A DNA stretch of 35,116 nucleotides, taken from the NCBI GenBank assembly GCA_030600085.1, contig JAUVMT010000003.1, forward strand, positions 1-35,116, in the 5' to 3' direction. Below, piece after piece: positions 7,182-16,630 of the stretch. The stretch is from Gemmatimonadales bacterium. Lineage in GTDB: Bacteria > Gemmatimonadota > Gemmatimonadetes > Palauibacterales > Palauibacteraceae. Position 1 is the first letter of the stretch, and each line of letters begins with the position of its first letter. The notes under the pieces are model-generated. The model was not told where the DNA came from. It worked only from the letters and a program-made list of their open reading frames with translations, and searched no databases. The position numbers and the translations under genes were made by a program.

Positions 7182-9036
7182 GTCGAAGAGAGAGCAACTC
7201 AAAAGCCAGATAGGCCGCCTTCCCACCGGGGCCGGCGTTTACATGTTTCGGGACTCCCGGAGCAGGGTTCTCTACATCGGCAAAGCGAAGTCTGTGCGCG
7301 CGAGGGTGAGGAGCTATCTGAGCGCCGAGCGGGACCCCTCTCCGAAGCAGCGACAAATGGCGCGCCGCATGGCTTCGGTGGAGAGCTATGTGGTGGAGTC
7401 AGAGGCCGAGGCGCTTCTGCTGGAGTGGAATCTGATCCGGGAGTACCATCCGCCGTTCAACATCCAGCTCAGGGATGACAAGAGCTATCCCTACATCCGG
7501 GTGACGCTCGGAGAGCCCTTTCCGAGGGTTTTGGTGACGAGGCGTCTCATCCGGGATGGGAGCCGGTACTTCGGTCCCTATACGAACGTCGGCGCGATGA
7601 GGAGCGCGCTGCGCGCGATCAAGGAGCTCTACACCGTCCGAAGCTGCCACTACGAGCTTCCCAAGAAGCTGCCGCCCCGTCCATGCCTCGACTACCACAT
7701 CGGCCGCTGCAAGGCGCCGTGCGCCGGCTACCAGACGGAGGAAGACTACCGGGGCATGATCGAGGAAATCCTGGAGGTTCTGGGTGGCCGCACCGGCGCG
7801 GTTCGCCGCCGCGTTCGCGACAAGATGAAGGGGGCGGCGGACGCCATGGAGTACGAGCGGGCAGCCGAGCTCCGAGATGTGTTGCGGGGGCTCGAGACGA
7901 TCGAACGGCGGCAGGCCGCCGTCGACCATCGCGGGGGTGAGCACGACGTCGTGGGGCTCCGCCGTGAGGGCACCCTGGCGTGCGGCGTCATTCTTAAGGT
8001 GAGGGAAGGGCGCCTTCTCGGACGCGAGATCCATTTCCTCCAAAACGTGGGCGACGAAGAGGACTCGGAGCTCACAGCCGTTCTGGTGAGCGGCCATTAC
8101 CTCCGGCGGCAGGACCTTCCGGCCGAGCTCCTCGTCCCGGAAGACTTTCCGGACCGGGAGCTGATTCAGGAGCACCTGTCCGCGCGGCGAGCCGGCCCGG
8201 TGCGCGTGCACGTGCCTCAGCGGGGCACCAAGCGCCGCCTCGTCGAGCTGGCCGCCGCCAACGCCGCCGACCTGCTGAGGGAGGAGCGTCTTCGGCTCGA
8301 CGCGATGGGGGAGGCGGGCACGCCGAGCGACAGCGCCGCGGGCGTTCCGGCAGCGGCGAGCCGGCTGGCGGAATCATTGGAGCTTCCCGCCCCCCCGCGG
8401 CGGATCGTATGCTTCGACATATCCACCCTCGGCGGCTCGGCGTCGGTAGGCAGCGCGGTGTGGCTCGAGGATGGAAAGCCCATCTCGGATGAGTACCGGA
8501 GGTTCCGAATCCGCGAAGTGCCCGACGGCGAGACGGACGATTACGCGATGATGCAGGAAGTGGTCGGACGCTACTTCGATCGTAGAGTAAGGGAGGCTCG
8601 GGACCTGCCCGACCTCGTGCTGGTGGACGGCGGCCGCGGCCAGCTCGCCGCAGCCATGCAGGCGATGGAGGCGGCCGGCGCATCCGATCTGCCAGCGGTG
8701 GCGCTCGCCAAGCGTGAAGAAGAGGTGTACCGTCCGGGCGAGCCGGAACCGCTCCGACTCGATCGACGCGACCCGGGCCTGCACTGGCTCCAGCGCGCTC
8801 GGGACGAAGCGCATCGGTTCGCTCTCGCCTACAACCGCACGCTGCGGCGACGCCGGCTTCTCAGATCCCGTCTCTCCGAGATCCGCGGTGTCGGACCGGC
8901 CCGTGAGCAAGAGCTGCTCCAGCGCTTCGGCAGCCTCGAGGCGATTCGGGGTGCGACGCTCGACGAGCTGGCGGCCACGCCGGGCGTCGGTCCGGGCACG
9001 GCCGAGCGCATTCTCGCGGAACTCGCGGAGGGATAG
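7174..9036 (+). CDS. uvrC: Excinuclease ABC subunit C
   Basis: GIY-YIG GVYMF...LYIGKAK, LRDDKSYPY, CLDYHIGRCKAPC, FDIST, PDLVLVDGGRGQL, RDEAHRFA, C-terminal HhH motifs. Confidence 0.97.
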   Translation: MAESKREQLKSQIGRLPTGAGVYMFRDSRSRVLYIGKAKSVRARVRSYLSAERDPSPKQRQMARRMASVESYVVESEAEALLLEWNLIREYHPPFNIQLRDDKSYPYIRVTLGEPFPRVLVTRRLIRDGSRYFGPYTNVGAMRSALRAIKELYTVRSCHYELPKKLPPRPCLDYHIGRCKAPCAGYQTEEDYRGMIEEILEVLGGRTGAVRRRVRDKMKGAADAMEYERAAELRDVLRGLETIERRQAAVDHRGGEHDVVGLRREGTLACGVILKVREGRLLGREIHFLQNVGDEEDSELTAVLVSGHYLRRQDLPAELLVPEDFPDRELIQEHLSARRAGPVRVHVPQRGTKRRLVELAAANAADLLREERLRLDAMGEAGTPSDSAAGVPAAASRLAESLELPAPPRRIVCFDISTLGGSASVGSAVWLEDGKPISDEYRRFRIREVPDGETDDYAMMQEVVGRYFDRRVREARDLPDLVLVDGGRGQLAAAMQAMEAAGASDLPAVALAKREEEVYRPGEPEPLRLDRRDPGLHWLQRARDEAHRFALAYNRTLRRRRLLRSRLSEIRGVGPAREQELLQRFGSLEAIRGATLDELAATPGVGPGTAERILAELAEG

Positions 9037-9041
9037 GCCTC

Positions 9042-9245
9042 GTGAGGAGCGCGGGTCTTTGCGGAGCCTGCCGCTTCGGCCGGCCGATCCGAAGCGACCG
9101 TGGCTCGAAGTTCCTTCTTTGCGAGCGATCGCGGAATGACCCGCGCTACGTGCGCTATCCGCGGCTGCCGGTCCATCGGTGCCCGGGTTACGCCCCCGAC
9201 GTCTCCGAGGAGGCCTCGCGACGCCTACCGCTCGAGGACGATTGA
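9042..9245 (+). CDS. Small cysteine-rich hypothetical protein (67 aa)
   Basis: GLCGAC...RGSKFLLC...DPRYVRYPRLPVHRCPGY; GGAGGG upstream; TGATG overlap with gltX. Confidence 0.75.
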   Translation: MRSAGLCGACRFGRPIRSDRGSKFLLCERSRNDPRYVRYPRLPVHRCPGYAPDVSEEASRRLPLEDD

Positions 9246-10693
9246 TGGTCCGCACCCGATTCGCCCCTAGTCCGACCGGCTCGCTTCACCTCGGCAACGC
9301 CCGTACGGCGGCACTCAACTGGTTATACGCACGCCAGCAGGGCGGTGCCTTCATCCTCCGTTTCGAGGACACGGACCTGGAGCGCCACGTGGAGGGCGCC
9401 GAGCGCGACATCCAGCACGCGCTCGAGTGGCTGGGGTTATTTCCAGATGAGGGACCGTTCGCCGGCGGGGAGCATGGGCCGTATCGGCAGAGCGAGAGGG
9501 TGGAGATCTACCGCGAGCATGGCGAACGTCTGCTCGCCGAAGGCCGGGCGTATCGTTGCTACTGCACGCCGGAGGAGCTGGAGGCCCGCCGAACGGAAGC
9601 GAGAGCCGGGAAGCGTCACGTGCGCTACGACGGCCGCTGCAGAAAGCTGTCGTCCGAGGAGAAGGCACGCCTCATCGCCTCCGGACGCCCCGCTTCCCTC
9701 CGTTTCCGGGTCGAGCCGGGCGTTATTCACTATCGAGATCGCGTGCGCGGCGAACTGACGGTGGAGGGTGAGCAACTCGGAGATCAGGTCATCCTCCGTT
9801 CCGATGGGAGGCCCACCTACAACTTCGCGGTCGTTGTCGACGATCTCCACATGGGGATCACGCACGTGATACGCGGGGCCGGTCATCTCTCCAACACGCC
9901 CAAGCAGGTGTTGTTCTACGAGGCCCTAGGGGCCGTCCCTCCCGAGTTCCTTCACCTGCCGTCGGTCTTGGCTCCGGGCGGAGGTAAGCTCTCGAAACGT
10001 GCCGGCGCGCCTGGGCTGCTGGAATACCGTGATCAGGGATACCACCCGGAGGGTCTCCTCAACTACCTCTCCCTCCTCTCTTGGTCCAGCTCCAGCGGGA
10101 AGGAGGTGCTGTCGCGAGATCAGCTGATCGCGGAGGTCGATCTGGGTCGGATAGGTGCCGCCAATCCGGAGGTCGATCCTGAGAAGCTGCGTTGGTTGTC
10201 CGGCCAGCACTACCGGCACGAGTCGATCGACGTGCTGGAACGAGGCCTCCGCGACCGATTGGCGGGCCGGTTCGAGCTGGAGGCTCGGCAGCTTCGGGCG
10301 CTCGCGGAGGTTCTGCGGGAGCGCATACAGATCCTCGCCGACGCCGATCCTGTCTGTGAGCTCGTTCTCCCGGAGCCGGATCTCTCGAGCTCGGACGCCG
10401 TGGAGGCGTTCCGGGAGCGGATGGCGGGTCGGGCGCTGCGCCAGGTGGCGCAGCGGTGGGAAACCGTACAGAGCTGGGCACGGGCTGAGCTGAAGGAAGA
10501 GCTCGCCGCCGCGGGACAGGAGGCGGGTCTCAAGGGCCGTCCCCTCTATCACCCGGTCCGTGCCGCGCTGACCGGCGCCGTCCAGGGTCCGGATGTCCCC
10601 GACGTGGCCTACATCCTGGGCCGGGAGACGACGGCCGCGCGTCTGGCGGCCGGGCTTGCAGCTGCGGAGGACGGCGCGGCCGGGGGACCGTGA
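9245..10693 (+). CDS. gltX: Glutamate--tRNA ligase
   Basis: RTRFAPSPTGSLHLGN (HIGH), RFEDTD, PYRQSER, CYC zinc site, KLSKR (KMSKS), C-terminal anticodon-binding domain. Start at ATG 9245. Confidence 0.93.
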   Translation: MVRTRFAPSPTGSLHLGNARTAALNWLYARQQGGAFILRFEDTDLERHVEGAERDIQHALEWLGLFPDEGPFAGGEHGPYRQSERVEIYREHGERLLAEGRAYRCYCTPEELEARRTEARAGKRHVRYDGRCRKLSSEEKARLIASGRPASLRFRVEPGVIHYRDRVRGELTVEGEQLGDQVILRSDGRPTYNFAVVVDDLHMGITHVIRGAGHLSNTPKQVLFYEALGAVPPEFLHLPSVLAPGGGKLSKRAGAPGLLEYRDQGYHPEGLLNYLSLLSWSSSSGKEVLSRDQLIAEVDLGRIGAANPEVDPEKLRWLSGQHYRHESIDVLERGLRDRLAGRFELEARQLRALAEVLRERIQILADADPVCELVLPEPDLSSSDAVEAFRERMAGRALRQVAQRWETVQSWARAELKEELAAAGQEAGLKGRPLYHPVRAALTGAVQGPDVPDVAYILGRETTAARLAAGLAAAEDGAAGGP

Positions 10694-11835
10694 CCTCCTT
10701 CTCCCTCGAGTGCGGCGCGTGTGGAGAGAGGATGGAGGCCGCGCCCGGCGCATCGGTCTGCCCGGCATGCGCGAAGCCTCTTCTCGTACGCTATGCCCTC
10801 GATGGAATGGATGGGCCGGCGCTCATCGAGAGATGGAGCCGGCGGTTGTGCGACGTCGGCATGTGGCGCTTCCGCGAGATCCTCCCCATCGCCCCCGGTG
10901 AGACGCCGGTGAGCCTCGGAGAGGGCGCGACGCCACTTCTGGCTCTCCGCGGTATCGACGGCCTGCAGGGGTTGCGCGCGTACGTGAAGGACGAGGGACG
11001 GAATCCCACAGGAAGCTTCAAGGATCGCGGGCTTTCGGCAGCTGTTACGCGGGCCGTTCTGGGCGGAGCCTCATCCTTCGTCATCCCGAGCGCGGGAAAC
11101 GCCGGAGTCTCGCTGGCGGCCTACGCGAGCCGGGCGGGGAAGAGGGCCCGCGTCTACCTTCCGGAGGACACCCCCGAGATGGTCGTGAGGCGAACGCGGG
11201 CGGCGGGTGGTGAGGTGCGGCCCGTCGATGGCCTGATTACCGACTGCGGTGCGAAAGCACGTGAATACGCGGCCCGCACCGAGGCCTTGGATCTCTCCAC
11301 CCTGCGCGAGCCCTACCGAATCGAAGGCAAGAAGACGATGATGCTCGAGATCGTGCAGGCGCTCGGCTGGAGTGCGCCTGACGCGATCGTCTATCCGACG
11401 GGCGGCGGAACCGGATTGATCGGTAGCTGGAAGGCGCTCGGCGAGTTGGCGGCGATGGGCATCGCGGCGGCCACCACGCGCTGCTACGCGGTGCAGGCGG
11501 ATGGTTGCGCCCCGATCGTTCGAGCCTTCGGCAAAGGTGCGCTCGCGGCCGAACCGTGGATTGGGGCGCGGACCCGGGCCTATGGCCTCAGGGTTCCGTT
11601 CGGGTTGGGCGATTCGTTGATCCTGAAGGCGCTGCGGGAGAGCGGAGGAGAGGCGCTCGCCGTCTCCGACGAGGAATCGGAAGCGGCCGCCGTCGAGCTG
11701 GGGAAGGCCGGCGTCAGCGCTTCCGTCGAAGGCGGCGCGACGCTGGCGGCCGCGCTGCGCCTGAGGGAAGAGGGAAAACTCGTCGATGGCGAGACGGTCG
11801 TTCTCTTCAACACGGCGCACGCCCTCGTCTACTGA
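10690..11835 (+). CDS. thrC: Threonine synthase-like PLP enzyme with N-terminal zinc ribbon
   Basis: CGAC/CPAC, SLGEGATPL, KDEGRNPTGSFKDRG (PLP lysine), PSAGNAG, EPYRIEGKKT, YPTGGGTG. Confidence 0.82.
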   Translation: MTSFSLECGACGERMEAAPGASVCPACAKPLLVRYALDGMDGPALIERWSRRLCDVGMWRFREILPIAPGETPVSLGEGATPLLALRGIDGLQGLRAYVKDEGRNPTGSFKDRGLSAAVTRAVLGGASSFVIPSAGNAGVSLAAYASRAGKRARVYLPEDTPEMVVRRTRAAGGEVRPVDGLITDCGAKAREYAARTEALDLSTLREPYRIEGKKTMMLEIVQALGWSAPDAIVYPTGGGTGLIGSWKALGELAAMGIAAATTRCYAVQADGCAPIVRAFGKGALAAEPWIGARTRAYGLRVPFGLGDSLILKALRESGGEALAVSDEESEAAAVELGKAGVSASVEGGATLAAALRLREEGKLVDGETVVLFNTAHALVY

Positions 11836-12007
11836 GGAGCAGGTCTACCGGGGAGCAGCGCTGACACGGACGGGCAGCTGCCGAACCCGGGTGCGGGAAC
11901 CGCGTCCGCAGCGGATCCGCGAGGCGAGGCGGCGGGTAGGAGGAGCCTGGTAGTGTGGGCCGACCGGGGTACTGGCGTGGGGGACGGATGCGGTCGAAGT
12001 TGCCTGC

Positions 12008-12027
12008 CGGCGGCCACGTGGCCGCCG
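12008..12027. promoter_or_regulatory. Perfect 20-bp palindrome, possible operator or hairpin
   Basis: CGGCGGCCAC|GTGGCCGCCG in the intergenic region 43 bp upstream of the TPR gene. Confidence 0.35.
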
Positions 12028-12070
12028 ACCGGCGGGATTACATGAACTCGAGACAGGGAAGTCCCAGCAA

Positions 12071-13420
12071 ATGAACAACTCAGGAGCGACCGTTCGGTCT
12101 CTCGCCATCGCCATGGCCCTGGCGGCTGGCGCCGTCGCCCCCGCCGACCTTACGGGACAGGAGGACGAGTGCCGGCTCGTGTCAAACGCTTCGACCGAGG
12201 GGGCCGTCGAGAAGCTGACGACGGCCGGCGAGACGCCGGACCCGGCGGCCCAACGGGCGCTGTTCGCGGAGGCGCTGGGGGACCTGCAGTCGGAGATTCA
12301 GGACGACGACGATCCCACGGCGTTGTGGCTGGCGGCCGAGGCGAATATCGGGCTGGGCGACTTCGAGGCGGCCGATGCCCTGTTGAGCCGATTTGTCGGC
12401 ACGAACCCGGCCTGCCAGGAACGCTCGGACAACTCGAGATTCAACGCCTGGGCGACGGCGTACAACGAGGCGATCCAGCACTACCAGGCGGGTGACACGG
12501 ACGAAGCGCTCGCCGCCTTCGTCAGTGCGAACGCGATCAAGAAGGACTCGCGGGCCTTCAACAACGCCGGGCTTCTGTATCAGAACCTCGATGACGAGGC
12601 AGCCGCGATCGAGCAGTTTCGGGGTGCCGTCGAGGCGGACGATCCCAGCGATCAGGCTCGGGACGCGTCGCTCAACCTGGCCGAGGCGCTGCGATCAGCC
12701 GACCGGGGCGCCGAGGCGATCGAGATGCTGCGGCTCTTTGCCGAGGCGCACCCGAACGACTTGATGGCCGAGATGAACTACGCCGTGGCCCTTACGATAG
12801 AGGGCGATCCGGCCTCGGCCCAGCCGACGTTCACCAAGCTCCTGTCACGCGACGACCTCACGGTCGAGCAGTGGAACCAGGTGGGAGTGGGACTCTACGA
12901 GGCCGAGTCTTTCGGAGACGCAGTCACCGCCTTCCAAAAGGCCCGTGCCTTGAATCCGTACGATCGTGATGCCCTCAACAATACGGCCACCTCGGCGCTC
13001 GAAGCCGGTGAGGTGGAGCTCGCGGCAGAGCTCAGCGGGTTGCTCGTCGAGAGGTATCCGTACGACTTCGATGCCTACACGCTGCTGGCCAACACGGCCA
13101 GCCAGACGGACAATGCGGCCTTCGCCCTTCAGGTCATTCAGGAGCGCGGCAGCCTGGTCTTCAGCCTCGAGAACGTCCAACTCCGGGAGCGGGGGGAGAA
13201 CGCGTACGTGGTGGAGGGTCTGGTCATGGGGCGAAGTGAGGAGGCCGGCGGCCAGGTCACCGTACCGATCGAGTTCCTGGACGAGCAGGGGGAGGTAGCC
13301 GGTACGGAGCACCTTCAGCTCGTCATTCCGGCCAACGGGGAGACCGAGATCTTCCAGGTAGAGCTGACGAGCGGCGTGCCCATCGCGGGCTTTCGCTTCC
13401 AGAAGGTCGCGAGCGGCTAG
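12071..13420 (+). CDS. Exported TPR-repeat protein with a C-terminal beta-rich domain
   Basis: Signal peptide (RSLAIAMALAAGAVAPA), repeated helical TPR-like units, beta-rich tail YVVEGLV...VTVPIEFLDEQGEV. Confidence 0.8.
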   Translation: MNNSGATVRSLAIAMALAAGAVAPADLTGQEDECRLVSNASTEGAVEKLTTAGETPDPAAQRALFAEALGDLQSEIQDDDDPTALWLAAEANIGLGDFEAADALLSRFVGTNPACQERSDNSRFNAWATAYNEAIQHYQAGDTDEALAAFVSANAIKKDSRAFNNAGLLYQNLDDEAAAIEQFRGAVEADDPSDQARDASLNLAEALRSADRGAEAIEMLRLFAEAHPNDLMAEMNYAVALTIEGDPASAQPTFTKLLSRDDLTVEQWNQVGVGLYEAESFGDAVTAFQKARALNPYDRDALNNTATSALEAGEVELAAELSGLLVERYPYDFDAYTLLANTASQTDNAAFALQVIQERGSLVFSLENVQLRERGENAYVVEGLVMGRSEEAGGQVTVPIEFLDEQGEVAGTEHLQLVIPANGETEIFQVELTSGVPIAGFRFQKVASG

Positions 13421-13451
13421 TCGCCACGCCTCTGCTCGGGTCCAGCGGCGG

Positions 13452-13931
13452 ATGACCGGCAACGGGCGACGAAGCCGCAGGGTGGCGTCCACCCACGACG
13501 GGACGTCGCAATGCGAGTCGTGCGGGCGGGAGCGGCCCGAGGCATCGACCTACTGTCCTTGGTGCGGCCTGCTCGATCATCCACAGGTCTGCTCACGTCA
13601 TCGGAGCAACATGGCGTTCCACCGGTGCGCGGTATGCGGGTTGAACCTGTGCTCCGAGTGCCGCCGCGGAAGGCGGCGTACGGCATTATGCCGGGACCAC
13701 GAGCAGGTGCGGCTGATCTCCGGGTGGGCCGAGGCCGCACGGCGCACGGACGAGGCCGAGGCCGAGGTCCTGGCTGGTCGGCTGAGGGTGGCGGACGTGG
13801 ATGTTCAGGTCTTCTCCCAGAAGGACCATGCCAACGTCGTGGCATTGGGCGCGCTGGCCCTTGTAAGGGTGCTCGTTCCAGTCTTCCAGCTCCAAGAGGC
13901 TCAGCGGGTTCTGACCTCGGAGACCTCCTAA
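13452..13931 (+). CDS. Multi zinc-finger (zinc ribbon plus B-box-like) protein with a DUF2007-like C-terminal domain
   Basis: CESC..CPWC, CSRH..CAVC..CSEC..CRDH, then EAEVLAGRL...VRVLVP...EAQRVL. Start codon uncertain. Confidence 0.7.
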   Translation: MTGNGRRSRRVASTHDGTSQCESCGRERPEASTYCPWCGLLDHPQVCSRHRSNMAFHRCAVCGLNLCSECRRGRRRTALCRDHEQVRLISGWAEAARRTDEAEAEVLAGRLRVADVDVQVFSQKDHANVVALGALALVRVLVPVFQLQEAQRVLTSETS

Positions 13932-13994
13932 CCTCGCCATGCAAAGCCGGATCGGAAAGACGAGTTGCGGGCTCGCCGCCGCCGGCCCTCCGGA

Positions 13995-15275
13995 ATGATC
14001 CGGGTCGCACAGGTCCGAAAGGGCTCCATCGGAGCCAACCTCGACATCCAGGTCGGTTCGAGTCTTCTCCGCCTCAACGGAGAGAGACTGCGGGACGCCC
14101 TCGATCTCCAGTACCTGGAAGCCGCCGAGCTCGTGGAGCTGGAGGTGGAGTTGCCCGGCGGCCGGCGCATCACGTACGAGATCGAGAAGGACGACTCGGA
14201 GTCTCTCGGGTTGGTGCCGGAAGCCGATCCGATCCGGCGCTGCACGAACGCATGCCCTTTCTGCTTCGTCAAAGGGAATCCAAAGACAGAGAAGCTGCGG
14301 ACCACCCTCTACATCAAGGACGACGACTACCGGCTTTCCTTCATGTACGGGCATTACGTGACGCTGACGAACCTGAGGGAGGAAGACTGGGAGCGGATCG
14401 AGGAGCAGCGTCTGTCGCCCCTTTTCGTAAGCGTGCATGCGACGGATCCGGAAGCGCGAGCGAAGATGCTCGTGAACCCGAGGTCTCGGGAGATCAACGA
14501 ACAGCTGGATCGGCTCGAGGCCGCCGGGATCGCCATTCACGCCCAGGCGGTGCTCTGCCCCGGCGTCAACACCGGTCCGGTGTTGGACCGGACGATCCTC
14601 GAGTTGTACGAGCGCGGCGATTCGGTGCTCTCGCTCTCGGTCGTGCCGGTAGGCCTCACTCGGTTCAACCAGAATTCGGGCGTCCGGCCCATGGACCCGG
14701 AAGAGAGTGCGCGCGCGCTTCGCCAAACAGCCCCGATCCGTGGACGAGCGCTCGAGGAGCGTGGGTACGCCTGGTGTTACGCATCCGATGAGATGTTCCT
14801 CTCGGCCGGGCTGGATGTGCCCGGACGGGAGTACTTCGACAACGAGGAGCTGGTCGGCAACGGTGTCGGAGCGATCTCGGGGCTCCGCGAGGCCGTCCGT
14901 GCCGACCTGCCGCGCCTTCCCAACCTCACCGGGCGCACGATCCTCCTCGCCACCGGCACCGCGATGGAGCCGACCCTCGTGGAGCTCGGCCGTGAGCTGC
15001 AGGCTGCGTGCGGCGTGGAGGTCAGAACGGCCGCCGTCCCCAACTCGATGTACGGGCCACAGGTGACGAGCGCCGGCTTGATCTCTGGAACCGACTACCT
15101 GGACGCGCTGCGTGCCAGCGAACCGTACGATCTGGCGATTCTCTCCCAATCGGCGGTCAACGAGCGCGGCTTCTTTCTCGACGATGTCTCGCTGGACGAC
15201 GTTCGAGCCGGCGTCCCGGGCGCCGAGATTCGCGCGGGTGACCACGTGACGGACGTTCTGCTGAGATGGCACTGA
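13995..15275 (+). CDS. DUF512-family putative radical SAM / Fe-S protein with N-terminal PDZ-like segment
   Basis: CxxxCxxC (CTNACPFC), TLYIKDDDYRLSF.YGHYVTLTNL, SPLFVSVHATD, LCPGVN, VVPVGLT, YASDEMF, NGVG. Start set at ATG 13995. Confidence 0.85.
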   Translation: MIRVAQVRKGSIGANLDIQVGSSLLRLNGERLRDALDLQYLEAAELVELEVELPGGRRITYEIEKDDSESLGLVPEADPIRRCTNACPFCFVKGNPKTEKLRTTLYIKDDDYRLSFMYGHYVTLTNLREEDWERIEEQRLSPLFVSVHATDPEARAKMLVNPRSREINEQLDRLEAAGIAIHAQAVLCPGVNTGPVLDRTILELYERGDSVLSLSVVPVGLTRFNQNSGVRPMDPEESARALRQTAPIRGRALEERGYAWCYASDEMFLSAGLDVPGREYFDNEELVGNGVGAISGLREAVRADLPRLPNLTGRTILLATGTAMEPTLVELGRELQAACGVEVRTAAVPNSMYGPQVTSAGLISGTDYLDALRASEPYDLAILSQSAVNERGFFLDDVSLDDVRAGVPGAEIRAGDHVTDVLLRWH

Positions 15276-16630
15276 GCCCCGCCCCGCCAAAGGCTGGACT
15301 CGCCGAGGTTGCGACCGTGGCGATCGTCGGACGACCCAACGTCGGGAAGTCGACGTTGTTCAACCGAATCGTAGGTCGGCGAGTGGCGATCGTGGCCGAA
15401 GAGCCGGGGGTGACGCGCGACCGCCAATTCGCCACGGCCGAGTGGGGAGGCTGTTCCTTCTTGCTCGCGGACACCGGCGGCGTCACGGATGCGCCCGGGC
15501 GGGGGATCGATGCGGAAGTCCAGCAGCAGGTGCTCGCGGCCATCGATCATGCGGACGTCATCCTTTTCGTCGTCGACGGCCTGGAGAGCGTGACGCCGGT
15601 CGACCTGCACGTCGCCGACCTCCTTCGGACCTCGGGCACGCCAGTGCTGTTGGCGGTGAACAAGGTGGACGAGCCCGTCGGATCGCTCGCTCACATCGAG
15701 TTCTACGAGCTGGGGCTCGGCGAGCCCGTGCAGGTGGCGGCGCTCTCCGGCAAGCAGAGCGGCGACCTCCTCGACCGGCTGATCCGACTGCTCCCGGAGA
15801 GCAGGGCCGAGGCCGAGCAGGCCTACGATGTGAGCCTGGCGGTCATCGGCAAGCCGAACGTGGGGAAGTCCAGCTACGTGAACCGGCTTCTGGGCCAGGA
15901 TCGCGTGATCGTCGCCGAGGAGGCTGGGACGACGCGTGACGCGATCGACACGTACCTGGATCTCGAGGGCGTCCGGGTCCGTCTGGTCGATACGGCGGGC
16001 CTCCGGCGTCGCTCGCGGGTGCAAGGCGAGCTCGAGTTCTACAGTCGCCTTCGTGCGGCCCGGGCGATCGAACGCTCGGACGTCTGTCTCCTGATGGTCG
16101 ATACCCCAGCCGGCGTGACGAACCAGGATTTCCGGATCGGAGAGCAGGCGTGGGAGGCGGGATGCGGACTGGTGCTCGTGGCCAACAAGTGGGACCTGGG
16201 AGAGGATCGCGGGCCCGCCATTCACGCCCAGTTCGAGCGCGACCTTCGCGAGCGCGCGCCTTTTCTCCGCAAGCTGCCGATCATCACGACGTCGGCCTTG
16301 ACCGGTCTCCGTGTCCGAAAGGCCGCGGAGGTGGCGCTCGAGGTGCAGAAGCGACGCCAGCAGCGAATCCCGACGGCCGAAGTAAACCGGGCGCTCGCGG
16401 AGCTCGCGCGACACCTCCAGCCGCCCCAGAGCTCGCGGGGCGAAGTCAAGATCCTGTACGGCACCCAGGTGTCGTCGGCGCCGCCGTTCTTCGTGCTGTG
16501 GCTGAACCGACCCAAGGATCTGGCTACGCACTACATTAGGTACATCGAGAACGGCTTCCGTAATGCTTGGGACTTCCTCGGGACGCCGATCCGGTTCCGC
16601 CTGAAGAGACGGGAAGAGGCACGTAGGTGA
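15266..16630 (+). CDS. der: Ribosome biogenesis GTPase Der (EngA)
   Basis: Two G domains (GRPNVGKS/DTGG/NKVD and GKPNVGKS/DTAG/NKWD) plus a KH-like tail ending GTPIRF. Confidence 0.97.
   Translation: MALSPAPPKAGLAEVATVAIVGRPNVGKSTLFNRIVGRRVAIVAEEPGVTRDRQFATAEWGGCSFLLADTGGVTDAPGRGIDAEVQQQVLAAIDHADVILFVVDGLESVTPVDLHVADLLRTSGTPVLLAVNKVDEPVGSLAHIEFYELGLGEPVQVAALSGKQSGDLLDRLIRLLPESRAEAEQAYDVSLAVIGKPNVGKSSYVNRLLGQDRVIVAEEAGTTRDAIDTYLDLEGVRVRLVDTAGLRRRSRVQGELEFYSRLRAARAIERSDVCLLMVDTPAGVTNQDFRIGEQAWEAGCGLVLVANKWDLGEDRGPAIHAQFERDLRERAPFLRKLPIITTSALTGLRVRKAAEVALEVQKRRQQRIPTAEVNRALAELARHLQPPQSSRGEVKILYGTQVSSAPPFFVLWLNRPKDLATHYIRYIENGFRNAWDFLGTPIRFRLKRREEARR

Noticed and set aside
11836-12070. Intergenic region as SRP RNA, tRNA or another known ncRNA
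   Set aside because: No SRP core (CAGG...GGAAG..AGCAG), no cloverleaf or T-loop; only short GC stems.
13932-13994. GCAAAGCC and GAAAG words resembling a c-di-GMP-I riboswitch
   Set aside because: The elements are in the wrong order and the required stems are missing.
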